Of a DNA stretch of 64,000 bases, positions 25,288 through 38,643 are shown piece by piece. Position numbers and translations under genes: made by a program. The DNA lies in assembly GCF_036971445.1 (NCBI RefSeq), contig NC_091477.1:27466001-27530000 (forward strand), given 5' to 3'. The notes under the pieces are model-generated. The model was not told where the DNA came from. It worked only from the letters and a program-made list of their open reading frames with translations, and made no database searches. The DNA comes from Narcine bancroftii (lineage: Eukaryota). Each line of letters starts with the position of its first letter. Position 1 is the stretch's first letter.

Positions 25288-28200
25288 GGACTTCCGGTTA
25301 GGCAGTGGTATGGAGTAGACGTCCTTACCATAGCTCCACTCCTTAAGTATACATTGTCCCATTTATTTTTCTTGAAACTTTCAAATTGATGTCGAATTGC
25401 ATATCCTATATTTGAAATGGATACAAGAGGTGGAAAGACTGCTAAAAGTGGGAAAAACGGAAAGAAACAAGAAACTCCAATTATTCCACTGGCAAACCCA
25501 ACTGTTGCAAGTTCCTCCAATGTATTTGAACAAATTAAAGAATCTATTGATGCAGGATTTAAACATCTAGATGAAAGGCTTTTGCCACTGGAAAACCAAT
25601 TTGCACAGATCTGTGATTCCATAGAAAAACAAGGTGAGCGTTTGACTTTAGCAGAATCTGCTTTAAAGGAAATGAACGAATGGGTCTGCCACCTGGAAAA
25701 CAATAATGAGAGGCTAATGACTACAATTATTGATATGGAAAGTTGAAGTTGGTGACAAAATCTGCATGTTGAGGGCTTGGCTGAAGATACTGAGTCTAGT
25801 GTGCTTACTAAATGGCCTGATTTGTTAGCATTGGTGTTTGGAGATGTGTTATTTCCAACACCACCTGAGTTTGATAGAGCAAAAACCACCATCATCAAAT
25901 TAAGGAACTGCTGATTCATGAAGCCTCTTGTAAAGGTACCTTGCAATACCAAGGCAAAACATTTAGAATCAAGATTATTTCCTCCCCATTTCTTTCTCAT
26001 CTTTTACCCTTTCTGTTACTGTTTGTTTTTGTTACTTTCTTAGCTTTTCTGATTGTATTTATTTGCTTTTATTGCTACATTTCCTTGAGTTCTTCTCTGC
26101 ATCACGTGACCCCCCCCCCCCCCCATCAATCATGGAATATTCTCCTGAAGTTATGGAAAAACAGGCCACCTACAGAAAAGTTATGTCTGGGGTTGAAGCC
26201 TTCCCTGCTGTTTCCAGCACGTCTTAGAATCCTTCACTCCAACAGATGTAAGAAATGGTTTGTTTCAGTGGAAAACGCTGGGTAGTTCATCCACAATCTA
26301 TCCATTCCGGAATGACATTTATTTTTCTGTTGAATGACAACTTTGAAACGAGGATTGAATTTAATATGTTAAAGGTTCAGTCATTTGTTTTTAGAGTTTT
26401 TACAGAGAAAGCATTGTTATTATGAGTTGAAATAATCTGGAGTGGCTAGGAAAAGAATTCAACCCATAAAAGTATTTTTTTATATTTAATGTATTCAAAC
26501 GAAACATGGCTTATTTTGGTTAGCTATGACATCTGCAGGGGCGTTGTTATTGTTTTGCTTCTGAATAAGAACATCTAATCAAAACTGGGAGATAGTTGCT
26601 TCTTAGAATTAATTAGCATGCTGACAGCTTTTCCATCAGCCTTAGGGGGTGGGACTGGGGAAGATCAGGGAAGGGATCATGGGTGTTTTGCATTACCATG
26701 GTAGTTAATTGTTTAGATCTTTCAGATTCCATCTTGTATATTCTATGGTTTAGTAAGGCCATCTGCAGGCTGGAGGTCGTTGTACATATTGTACAAACTT
26801 GGCTTTGCACATGTGCATTGGGATTTCTGAAACTAGTTTTACTTTTAGTGTATATTTTCTATAATTGAGTGATCATGGCTAATCCTACTAAGTTCCTGAG
26901 TTGGAATGTGAGAGGTTTAAATCATCAAGTAATATGAAGTGGCTTTGCATTTAAGACAATTTAAAGCTGCAATTATTTTTTTTTTAAAACAAGGGAAGTG
27001 ATGTTTCCCGCCTGATTTCATGGGAGAAGGGGCAGCAATATCACTCTTTCTTTCAGGCTAAATCACCTCACTGACAAAAGACAAAGGAGGAAAAACCCAA
27101 CACCCAACCCCAACCAATCAATTTTCCCTTGCAACCGCTGCAACCGTGTCTGCCTGTCCCGCATCGGACTTGTCAGCCACAAACGAGCCTGCAGCTGACG
27201 TGGAAATTTACCCCCTCCATAAATCTTCGTCCGCGAAGCCAAGCCAAAGAGGTGTATCAATTCTGATTAATCAGAATATTCTTTAGTATACAATGTTGTT
27301 TCGTATTCTGTCTTTTTCTTATTGTTTCAAGGAAATTACATGATAAAATTGAAGTTTCTGCAAATGTTTATACTCCCAATGTTGATGATCTGGATTTTTA
27401 AAAATTTTACTTCCTTGCTATATTTAGGTTTATCCTCGCTTATTCTTGGTGGGGATTTCAACTGTTGGTTGGACCCTCTCCTGGATCACTCATCTTCTAA
27501 CCCAGCTACATTAAAAGATTCTGCCCTATTTTATTTTTTAAATTCTTTTTATCGATCTATTCATTTATTTAACATTTGGGTTATGGCATCTCAGGTGTTT
27601 GTCGTTTCTTTTATCCTACCAATAGAGTACTAATTTTTCCTCCTATTCATCACATTTACTCATGAATTGATTATTTTTATTGATAATCATTTAATTTCAT
27701 AAATATCATAGTATTGTAACATCTGATGATGCCCCTGTAACAATGTCACTGAACCTTCCTAAATTTCCTCAGGATAAAAGAGAATGGTGTTTTAATTCAG
27801 TGTAATTATCAGATAAGGACTTTGTTAAATTTATGGAAGAACAGATAAGTCTTCTTTTTTGATACTAATCTCGTATCCAAGTCCTCTAGTTTACTTATAT
27901 GCATACTTTGAAGGTTTTTCGTGGGGGCAAAATATTTCATAAGGAAAGATCTGAGGTAATTAAACAAATTAAACAATTAGATCAACAATATGCTCAAACT
28001 AAAAACCCAGATGTAAACAAAAACAGATAGATCTTCTCTCAGCATACCCAGCCGAATGCCAACTTTTACAATATAAAAGTTTTAATTTTACATTCAATGT
28101 GATAAATCTGGTAAGTTTTTGGCCAACCAATTGAGAGAATTTGGTGCTAAACAACACATCAGAAGTTCGTAAGAATAATATTATTATGACTTCAGTAGTA

Positions 28201-29295
28201 AATCACAAAAATCTGTAGACACAGTTGTAGAAATTTTTAAAAAATGCTGGAGAAGCTCTCAGCAAGTCAAACAGTGTCTTTCCTTTATGTAGCAATGGTA
28301 ACGATACATAACCAACGTTTCAGGCTTGAACCCTTCATCAAAGAATGAGAATATGCCAGCGAGTGTCCGAACAAAAGAGTGTGGGGGACAAAGGCAAGAG
28401 GTGATAAGATGGAGAAAGGAGGAAGGGGACAGCAGCAATGAGGGAGACTATTTGGAGACAAACAATATACTTAAAGGATTCTACTCCAAATTATATTTTT
28501 CTGAATATACAAATGACACTAATTTGATTAAATATCAAATCTTAGATTGATTGAAAATCCCCAAGAGTTCTTTAGACAGTCAAATCAAACTGGATGAATC
28601 TATTTCGCATGAGCTGCTATTTCCTCATTATAATCTGGAAAGGCCCCTGAATCCCATGGGCTCCCTTCGGAATTTTTCAAATTATTTTAACGGCTCACAC
28701 TTTTCGTAAAGGTGGTGTTTACTTATTTGTTTGAACTGGATAAACTTCCAGACTCATTAAATGAATCTTGCTTAGCTTTAATTGTGAAGAAAGGTAAAGA
28801 CACAACCGAATGTTCCTCTTATAGACCAATCTCCCTATTGAAGTCAATGCTAAAATTCTGGCTAAAATTTTAGCCAAGAGGATAGAAAATATTTTACCAT
28901 CAGTTATTTCTGAAAATCAAAAGGGGTCTATTTTAATATAGGTCACTTAATGAATATTATATATTTGCTTTCAGGTAAAACTCTTGAGTTTATTTTTTCA
29001 TTGGATGCTGAAAAAGCTTTTGATCAGAGAGAATGGACAAATGTTTACAACCCTTGAAAATTTTAATTTTGGTTCTGATTTTATTGCATGGATTAAACTA
29101 TGGCATTCACAACCTTCTGCCACAATTCTTACTAATTTACAACAATCTCAACCTTCTAATTTGCAATGTGGCACTCGTCAAGGATGCCCATTAAGCTCTT
29201 TATTATTTGATCTAGCAATAGAACCATTGGCAATTGCATTTCGTGAGTGAAGAACATCTTGAGGATATGGTAAAAAGGGATTGAAAACAAGGTCT
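25288..29295 (+). mobile_element. L1-clade LINE, 5'-complete and 3'-truncated, decayed (ORF1, endonuclease, RT)
   Basis: 5' end ggacttccgg. Coiled-coil ORF1 from 25417. ORF2 starts 26875 with MANPTKFLSWNVRGLN, then ILGGDFNCWLDP, YRPISLL, LDAEKAFD and GTRQGCPLSSLLFDLAIEPLA. Confidence 0.92.
27063..27250 (+). mobile_element. RTE-clade LINE 3' end nested in L1 ORF2
   Basis: Nearly identical to 54523-54710; C2H2-like CNRCNRVCLSRIGLVSHKRAC. Confidence 0.92.
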
Positions 29296-29939
29296 AAGTG
29301 TTCAAAGACCCCAACAGAAACTGCTGCTAAATGAACAGAATTCAACTCGCAACTGAATCAACATTTCGTCAAGATTTGCTCGTTTTTTTTATGTTTTGCA
29401 AAGTCACCTTGACTGTGATAACTTTTTCAGACCTACAAGGAACAACTAAGAACATACTGCCTTGTATAGAACAATACAACATAGCTGGTTCAAACTCAAC
29501 GTCACGTAGCACTGGTACTATATTAGAGAAAAAATAAGAAAAATCACAAAAATGTGCATTTGAAGCATAAATCATCTCTAACTTGTTGTTGCCAGTGATC
29601 CAACATAACTGCAAACTGAATCAGACTCCCTTCAAGTTAAAAGTACTAAATCTAATTGAATTCTGAATATTTCTTTAAAATTCAAATGACCACCTTATAC
29701 TTTAAGGAAATCTAGTATGCTGGAATCAAAATTCTATTTTGCATTATATTCCTTCAAAATTCTAATGAGGAAACTACACATTTTCAAATTTTGAAATCCT
29801 TTGCCTTTTTTTCCCCAAAACAAGGTGGGGAAGACAATTTTACCAAATCTCAATTAACTATTTAAAATCAATAGGCTGATTGGTGTTTGGATTACCTTGG
29901 TAATTACCTTGCTGATTGGTGTTTGGATTGGTGAATTAC

Positions 29940-30161
29940 CTGCAAGTTTATAAACTACTGAATTGAAGCCATGCTTACAAAACTTAATGGAATAGCTGGA
30001 ATTGATACCAAGATGGGAGTCAAAGTAGCTGCTGATATTGTACCAGAGTTGAAGCAGCCAACACGTCTTGAAGCCAATGCCATTAAATTCAGTTCTAACA
30101 GTGATCTTTCCTGGGTTGTGGTATTTAGTGCCGAGGAACCCGATTTTACTAATTGCTTTTC
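29940..30161 (-). other. Candidate 222-nt symmetric (phase 1-1) cassette exon
   Basis: tttcag|GAAAAGCAATT...AAACTTGCAG|gtaatt. Open in the frame set by exon 2 (GKAISKIGFLG...VVYKLA). No homolog recognised. Confidence 0.25.
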
Positions 30162-30199
30162 CTGAAACCCCAGCACAAAGAATCCTAAGAAAGGAAATA

Positions 30200-30800
30200 G
30201 TCTATAGGCTATTTCATGTCAGGCCTCTGCCTGGAGGCCGGCTACAGGAGCAGATGGAAGACATAAAACTTACCTTTCAGACAGCAGTCCTAAAAGGCTG
30301 CTCCAGCATTGCATTCATACTAAGAGATGTCTCATACCACCCCCCAGATCCAATGGAGGCAGGGCGATTGGTGCCATAGCACCACCTGTCATATATATGC
30401 AGCAGAAAAATGGCGGTCTTCCCTACCCATAATGCCCCATGCAGCTGGAACCACTGTGTATCCCAGAACACCACATTTTGAGCTGCAGAGAGGAATCCCG
30501 AAGGCCGAAGCGGCCGGTGAGACTGTCACAGCCGTCCCCTGCCATCCTGACGGCTCCCGTCTGCCACCCCTGCCTTAAGGGGGTCATGAAAGGAGAGGGG
30601 TGAGTGGGAAGATAGGTTGCAGGATAACGGCATCATCAGCCTGCCCCTAACCAGTCGCTTGCAGCGGCTGTATGTTCAGGTCAGGCAGCAGAGCGATTAT
30701 CCTTCCCTGAGAATGGTTGGAATCGGCACCTTGGAGTTGGCCAAGCCACAGAGATGCAAGTCTTTAGGCACCAAGGCGAAGAATCTCCACCTTTACAGAC
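30200..30800. mobile_element. GC-richer non-autonomous DNA element fragment, probably PIF/Harbinger-related
   Basis: Shares the tacccataat...ctggaa core with the elements at 39050-39680 and 60146-60906. Confidence 0.4.
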
Positions 30801-32209
30801 AGGTGTTTTCCCAGATTGAAAATGCCTTATGATGAGAAAAGCTAATGATGAGATACCAACCTCCAACAGAATGGGATGGAGGAACTGAAGATAAAGCCTC
30901 TCTATTTTTGTGAGTAAGATTTCAGCTTTGCTCTCACTTTTAACAGCACTACCCAAATCTAAAACGGAACTTCCATGAGGGACAAATAAATAATTTTACA
31001 ATATTTACATTTTATCTCTTCATTGTTAAAAAATGGGTTTCAAATTTCATGCTTCTGAAGGCTCACACATTTTCTGGTGGATTTGTTCAAATGCTTATAA
31101 AGGTGACATTCAAACTTGGTATTAAATCTGGGCTGATAAAAAGCAAACAAAATTTTCAAAATCTTCACAAATGTACTTAAAAATTAAGCAGTAACTTTAC
31201 AGTTTGACTTTAGACAACATGGTGATTAATACATTTTTTATTGCAAATCCGAGAATACTTGATGGGTGAAGCAGCATCTGTGAAGAATAAATTAATTCAA
31301 TTATTCAGTTTCATCACCTGTCATCAGAACTCAATCTGGTCACTAATCTAAAATGTTAATTAATTCTGTTTCTCCCTCCATAGCCAGACTTGACATTCCC
31401 ATCATTTCCTGCTTTCATAGTTTCAGATTTCTAATGTTTATATTGAGAAAATTAAATTTCAAATTAAAACAGATTTAGTTTACATTATGTAAGAAAAATT
31501 GAAAGATTATCACATTGCACATGATGATTAACATCAAAATTGGAAAATAATTGAAAAATTTCATTCATACAGTGGTTGTATAAACATTGTAACTTCAAAG
31601 TTTAAAAATTTACATTTTCCTTAACCCCAATTTTCCAATACAGGTTGACATGCAATGGTACCAAAAGGGATGACAGACAGACTGAAACTAACAAGGTCCA
31701 GAAAAAGTCACATCACTTTGAACAAGCAAGTTTCACCACTTCACTTCTACTCTCATTATTTTTAAAATTCATTCCGTCTTGTGTATCGCTCTCATTTCTT
31801 GCCCATCCTCAGGCACAACTGAAGCAACTAACATGAGTCTCTGTATGGAATCATTGCAAAATGATAAACGTAGTCCCTTGGAGCAACAGCTGGAGAATTT
31901 CTAATTTTTGACTTGATAATATTAATATGGAAATAAGCAAATGAGTTTGGTATGTTGTAGTTGGTAGGAGTTCCAATACAATTTTTATCCTCATTAATTT
32001 AGGATGTGTGAGAACTAGATAATGAAGATTGCAGGTTTCAAAGGAACCTTGGTTATAAGCCTTGGTCAAAAGCTGAAGTGCATTTTCAGATTCCCTGTAC
32101 GAACAGCACAGGAGAGTGATTTTTTTTAAGGTTCTGTGATAATTAAATTCTTGAACATTGCTGCAGTTACATTAAAACACTCACGTACCACCTTAAATAA
32201 TCCCTTATT

Positions 32210-33830
32210 AATCACCGCTACTTATTGTTGGGGGCTGGTGGCGGGATGTCGGTAGCATCAGACTGTTCAAATTGAGGACCAACCCACAGACCAACTTGCT
32301 CACAATCTGGCAGGTATCAAATCTTTGTGCCTTGTGATTGCCCTCAAAATCTGGCAGACCTAGAGTCATATCTAGGTCCATGAGCCAACAGGCAACCCTC
32401 TCATAAAATGGGCAGTCCTTCATGGCGCCCATTAATTGTTTTGCAATCTCCTCAGCCCTGATTGAGAGAAGCTTCTGCACCTCCCGATCCCAAATCATCA
32501 CCATTATCTTCAGATCACTACTACTTCTCACTCCTGCCATGCAAGGACCACTGTACCTGTCTGCATCACCTCTCCAAACTGATCAACTGTCCTGCCAGGA
32601 GGTTGCATGCAACAAACGTCATCAGTGCATCACTAATGGGACCCAGCAAACCAGGTCACCCGTTCACACTGTGGCAAATTCAAAACAGATCGGCTCTGAT
32701 ACTACCTCCCTGGGCGGTTAAGTCCCAGGTCAAAATGGTTCGGGAATGGTCAAAATGGTTCGGGAATGGTCAAAATGGTTCGGGAATGGTCAAAATGGTT
32801 CGGGAATGGTCAAAATGGTTCGGGAATGGTCAAAATGGTTCGGGAATGGTCAAAATGGTTCGGGAATGGTCAAAATGGTTCGGGAATGGTCAAAATGGTT
32901 CGGGAATGGTCAAAATGGTTCGGGAATGGTCAAAATGGTTCGGGAATGGTCAAAATGGTTCGGGAATGGTCAAAATGGTTCGGGAATGGTCAAAATGGTT
33001 CGGGAATGGTCAAAATGGTTCGGGAATGGTCAAAATGGTTCGGGAATGGTCAAAATGGTTCGGGAATGGTCAAAATGGTTCGGGAATGGTCAAAATGGTT
33101 CGGGAATGGTCAAAATGGTTCGGGAATGGTCAAAATGGTTCGGGAATGGTCAAAATGGTTCGGGAATGGTCAAAATGGTTCGGGAATGGTCAAAATGGTT
33201 CGGGAATGGTCAAAATGGTTCGGGAATGGTCAAAATGGTTCGGGAATGGTCAAAATGGTTCGGGAATGGTCAAAATGGTTCGGGAATGGTCAAAATGGTT
33301 CGGGAATGGTCAAAATGGTTCGGGAATGGTCAAAATGGTTCGGGAATGGTCAAAATGGTTCGGGAATGGTCAAAATGGTTCGGGAATGGTCAAAATGGTT
33401 CGGGAATGGTCAAAATGGTTCGGGAATGGTCAAAATGGTTCGGGAATGGTCAAAATGGTTCGGGAATGGTCAAAATGGTTCGGGAATGGTCAAAATGGTT
33501 CGGGAATGGTCAAAATGGTTCGGGAATGGTCAAAATGGTTCGGGAATGGTCAAAATGGTTCGGGAATGGTCAAAATGGTTCGGGAATGGTCAAAATGGTT
33601 CGGGAATGGTCAAAATGGTTCGGGAATGGTCAAAATGGTTCGGGAATGGTCAAAATGGTTCGGGAATGGTCAAAATGGTTCGGGAATGGTCAAAATGGTT
33701 CGGGAATGGTCAAAATGGTTCGGGAATGGTCAAAATGGTTCGGGAATGGTCAAAATGGTTCGGGAATGGTCAAAATGGTTCGGGAATGTTCACACTGGTA
33801 GGTGAATTGCTAATTTGGTGTTTAATTCCC
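32210..33830 (-). mobile_element. PIF/Harbinger remnant encoding part of a Myb/SANT-like (trihelix) protein; hosts the 20-bp array
   Basis: ORF 32208-32540 contains WDREVQKLLSIRAEEIAKQLMGAMKDCPFYERVACWL, resembling the trihelix domain of Harbinger ORF1. Harbinger-like gttcacactg motifs flank the array. Confidence 0.65.
32728..33787. repeat. Perfect 20-bp tandem array, 53 copies
   Basis: (ggtcaaaatggttcgggaat)53; no variant unit seen. Confidence 0.99.
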
Positions 33831-34204
33831 ATTTTCAAACAGGAGTATGAAAGATATAGAAAAGTACAGAGGCCCTTTTGACCCACTTCATTTCGAGACC
33901 ATAGCCCCTTTCACATTGGCTATGTGAAATTGATGGGTGAAGTGTTTACAAAAACCAGTAGCACTGTTCATCCTAGACCAAGGAAAAGCGGTTCTGCACA
34001 CCTATTCTCACTGCCTATTCAGTAGCGCAGAGCAAAGCAGTGCCTATCTTCCAGCGGTGATGTCACATCAAGTGATAGGGTTCCTGCTCTCCCTGAATTC
34101 CATGTGGCAGAGAAACTCCTCCAGGAGTGCTCCATGCATACAGCCCTTTCATTATGCCATGGCACACAAGGGCATTAAAGGAAAAGGCGTCTAGTTCCTT
34201 GCCT

Positions 34205-37200
34205 CCCCATCGCTCTCTCCCCCCTTCCCCATCGCTCTCTCCCCCCTTCCCCATCGCTCTCTCCCCCCTTCCCCATCGCTCTCTCCCCCCTTCCCCATCG
34301 CTCTCTCCCCCCTTCCCCATCGCTCTCTCCCCCCTTCCCCATCGCTCTCTCCCCCCTTCCCCATCGCTCTCTCCCCCCTTCCCCATCGCTCTCTCCCCCC
34401 TTCCCCATCGCTCTCTCCCCCTTCCCCATCGCTCTCTCCCCCTTCCCCATCGCTCTCTCCCCCTTCCCCATCGCTCTCTCCCCCTTCCCCATCGCTCTCT
34501 CCCCCTTCCCCATCGCTCTCTCCCCCCTTCCCCATCGCTCTCTCCCCCCTTCCCCATCGCTCTCTCCCCCCTTCCCCATCGCTCTCTCCCCCCTTCCCCA
34601 TCGCTCTCTCCCCCCTTCCCCATCGCTCTCTCCCCCCTTCCCCATCGCTCTCTCCCCCCTTCCCCATCGCTCTCTCCCCCCTTCCCCATCGCTCTCTCCC
34701 CCCTTCCCCATCGCTCTCTCCCCCCTTCCCCATCGCTCTCTCCCCCCTTCCCCATCGCTCTCTCCCCCCTTCCCCATCGCTCTCTCCCCCCTTCCCCATC
34801 GCTCTCTCCCCCCTTCCCCATCGCTCTCTCCCCCCTTCCCCATCGCTCTCTCCCCCCTTCCCCATCGCTCTCTCCCCCCTTCCCCATCGCTCTCTCCCCC
34901 CTTCCCCATCGCTCTCTCCCCCCTTCCCCATCGCTCTCTCCCCCCTTCCCCATCGCTCTCTCCCCCCTTCCCCATCGCTCTCTCCCCCCTTCCCCATCGC
35001 TCTCTCCCCCCTTCCCCATCGCTCTCTCCCCCCTTCCCCATCGCTCTCTCCCCCCTTCCCCATCGCTCTCTCCCCCCTTCCCCATCGCTCTCTCCCCCCT
35101 TCCCCATCGCTCTCTCCCCCCTTCCCCATCGCTCTCTCCCCCCTTCCCCATCGCTCTCTCCCCCCTTCCCCATCGCTCTCTCCCCCCTTCCCCATCGCTC
35201 TCTCCCCCCTTCCCCATCGCTCTCTCCCCCCTTCCCCATCGCTCTCTCCCCCCTTCCCCATCGCTCTCTCCCCCCTTCCCCATCGCTCTCTCCCCCCTTC
35301 CCCATCGCTCTCTCCCCCCTTCCCCATCGCTCTCTCCCCCCTTCCCCATCGCTCTCTCCCCCCTTCCCCATCGCTCTCTCCCCCCTTCCCCATCGCTCTC
35401 TCCCCCCTTCCCCATCGCTCTCTCCCCCCTTCCCCATCGCTCTCTCCCCCCTTCCCCATCGCTCTCTCCCCCCTTCCCCATCGCTCTCTCCCCCCTTCCC
35501 CATCGCTCTCTCCCCCCTTCCCCATCGCTCTCTCCCCCCTTCCCCATCGCTCTCTCCCCCCTTCCCCATCGCTCTCTCCCCCCTTCCCCATCGCTCTCTC
35601 CCCCCTTCCCCATCGCTCTCTCCCCCCTTCCCCATCGCTCTCTCCCCCCTTCCCCATCGCTCTCTCCCCCCTTCCCCATCGCTCTCTCCCCCCTTCCCCA
35701 TCGCTCTCTCCCCCCTTCCCCATCGCTCTCTCCCCCCTTCCCCATCGCTCTCTCCCCCCTTCCCCATCGCTCTCTCCCCCCTTCCCCATCGCTCTCTCCC
35801 CCCTTCCCCATCGCTCTCTCCCCCCTTCCCCATCGCTCTCTCCCCCCTTCCCCATCGCTCTCTCCCCCCTTCCCCATCGCTCTCTCCCCCCTTCCCCATC
35901 GCTCTCTCCCCCCTTCCCCATCGCTCTCTCCCCCCTTCCCCATCGCTCTCTCCCCCCTTCCCCATCGCTCTCTCCCCCCTTCCCCATCGCTCTCTCCCCC
36001 CTTCCCCATCGCTCTCTCCCCCCTTCCCCATCGCTCTCTCCCCCCTTCCCCATCGCTCACTCCCCCCTTCCCCATCGCTCACTCCCCCCTTCCCCATCGC
36101 TCACTCCCCCCTTCCCCATCGCTCACTCCCCCCTTCCCCATCGCTCACTCCCCCCTTCCCCATCGCTCACTCCCCCCTTCCCCATCGCTCTCTCCCCCCT
36201 TCCCCATCGCTCTCTCCCCCCTTCCCCATCGCTCTCTCCCCCCTTCCCCATCGCTCTCTCCCCCCTTCCCCATCGCTCTCTCCCCCCTTCCCCATCGCTC
36301 TCTCCCCCCTTCCCCATCGCTCTCTCCCCCCTTCCCCATCGCTCTCTCCCCCCTTCCCCATCGCTCTCTCCCCCCTTCCCCATCGCTCTCTCCCCCCTTC
36401 CCCATCGCTCTCTCCCCCCTTCCCCATCGCTCTCTCCCCCCTTCCCCATCGCTCTCTCCCCCCTTCCCCATCGCTCTCTCCCCCCTTCCCCATCGCTCTC
36501 TCCCCCCTTCCCCATCGCTCTCTCCCCCCTTCCCCATCGCTCTCTCCCCCCTTCCCCATCGCTCTCTCCCCCCTTCCCCATCGCTCTCTCCCCCCTTCCC
36601 CATCGCTCTCTCCCCCCTTCCCCATCGCTCTCTCCCCCCTTCCCCATCGCTCTCTCCCCCCTTCCCCATCGCTCTCTCCCCCCTTCCCCATCGCTCTCTC
36701 CCCCCTTCCCCATCGCTCTCTCCCCCCTTCCCCATCGCTCTCTCCCCCCTTCCCCATCGCTCTCTCCCCCCTTCCCCATCGCTCTCTCCCCCCTTCCCCA
36801 TCGCTCTCTCCCCCCTTCCCCATCGCTCTCTCCCCCCTTCCCCATCGCTCTCTCCCCCCTTCCCCATCGCTCTCTCCCCCCTTCCCCATCGCTCTCTCCC
36901 CCCTTCCCCATCGCTCTCTCCCCCCTTCCCCATCGCTCTCTCCCCCCTTCCCCATCGCTCTCTCCCCCCTTCCCCATCGCTCTCTCCCCCCTTCCCCATC
37001 GCTCTCTCCCCCCTTCCCCATCGCTCTCTCCCCCCTTCCCCATCGCTCTCTCCCCCCTTCCCCATCGCTCTCTCCCCCCTTCCCCATCGCTCTCTCCCCC
37101 CTTCCCCATCGCTCTCTCCCCCCTTCCCCATCGCTCTCTCCCCCCTTCCCCATCGCTCTCTCCCCCCTTCCCCATCGCTCTCTCCCCCCTTCCCCATCGC

Positions 37201-38612
37201 TCTCTCCCCCCTTCCCCATCGCTCTCTCCCCCCTTCCCCATCGCTCTCTCCCCCCTTCCCCATCGCTCTCTCCCCCCTTCCCCATCGCTCTCTCCCCCCT
37301 TCCCCATCGCTCTCTCCCCCCTTCCCCATCGCTCTCTCCCCCCTTCCCCATCGCTCTCTCCCCCCTTCCCCATCGCTCTCTCCCCCCTTCCCCATCGCTC
37401 TCTCCCCCCTTCCCCATCGCTCTCTCCCCCCTTCCCCATCGCTCTCTCCCCCCTTCCCCATCGCTCTCTCCCCCCTTCCCCATCGCTCTCTCCCCCCTTC
37501 CCCATCGCTCTCTCCCCCCTTCCCCATCGCTCTCTCCCCCCTTCCCCATCGCTCTCTCCCCCCTTCCCCATCGCTCTCTCCCCCCTTCCCCATCGCTCTC
37601 TCCCCCCTTCCCCATCGCTCTCTCCCCCCTTCCCCATCGCTCTCTCCCCCCTTCCCCATCGCTCTCTCCCCCCTTCCCCATCGCTCTCTCCCCCCTCCCC
37701 ATCGCTCTCTCCCCCCTCCCCCATCGCTCTCTCCCCCTCCCCATCGCTCTCTCCCTCCTCCCCATCGCTCTCTCCCCTTCCCCATCGCTCTCTCTCCCCT
37801 TCCCATCGCTCTCTCCCCCCTTCCCCATCGCTCTCTCCCCCCTTCCCCATCGCTCTCTCCCCCCTTCCCCATCGCTCTCTCCCCCCTTCCCCATCGCTCT
37901 CTCCCCCCTTCCCCATCGCTCTCTCCCCCCTTCCCCATCGCTCTCTCCCCCCTTCCCCATCGCTCTCTCCCCCCTTCCCCATCGCTCTCTCCCCCCTTCC
38001 CCATCGCTCTCTCCCCCCTTCCCCATCGCTCTCTCCCCCCTTCCCCATCGCTCTCTCCCCCTTCCCCATCGCTCTCTCCCCCTTCCCCATCGCTCTCTCC
38101 CCCTTCCCCATCGCTCTCTCCCCCTTCCCCATCGCTCTCTCCCCCCTTCCCCATCGCTCTCTCCCCCCTTCCCCATCGCTCTCTCCCCCCTCCCCCATCG
38201 CTCTCTCCCCCCTCCCCCATCGCTCTCTCCCCCCTCCCCATCGCTCTCTCCCTCCTCCCCATCGCTCTCTCCCCTTCCCCATCTCTCTCTCTCCCCTTCC
38301 CCATCTCTCTCTCTCCCCCTCCCCATCTCTCTCTCTCCCCCTCCCCATCTCTCTCTCTCCCCCTCCCCATCTCTCTCTCTCCCCCTCCCCATCTCTCTCT
38401 CTCCCCCTCCCCATCTCTCTCTCCCCCTCCCCATCTCTCTCTCTCCCCCTCCCCATCTCTCTCTCTCCCCCTCCCCATCTCTCTCTCTCCCCCTCCCCAT
38501 CTCTCTCTCTCCCCCTCCCCATCTCTCTCTCTCCCCTTCCCCATCTCTCTCCCCTTCCCCATCTCTCTCCCCTTCCCCATCTCTCTCCCCTTCCCCATCT
38601 CTCTCCCCTTCC

Positions 38613-38643
<31 letters not shown>

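Noticed and set aside
25164-26000. 278-aa minus-strand ORF
   Set aside because: Antisense shadow of L1 ORF1 running into Penelope sequence.
19495-29295. Active retrotransposon genes
   Set aside because: The CR1, Penelope-like and L1 reading frames all carry multiple stops, frameshifts or nested insertions.
32462-33881. Long ORFs (351-447 aa) in three plus-strand frames
   Set aside because: Products of a stop-free 20-bp tandem unit; same periodic peptide in every frame; antisense to the host gene.
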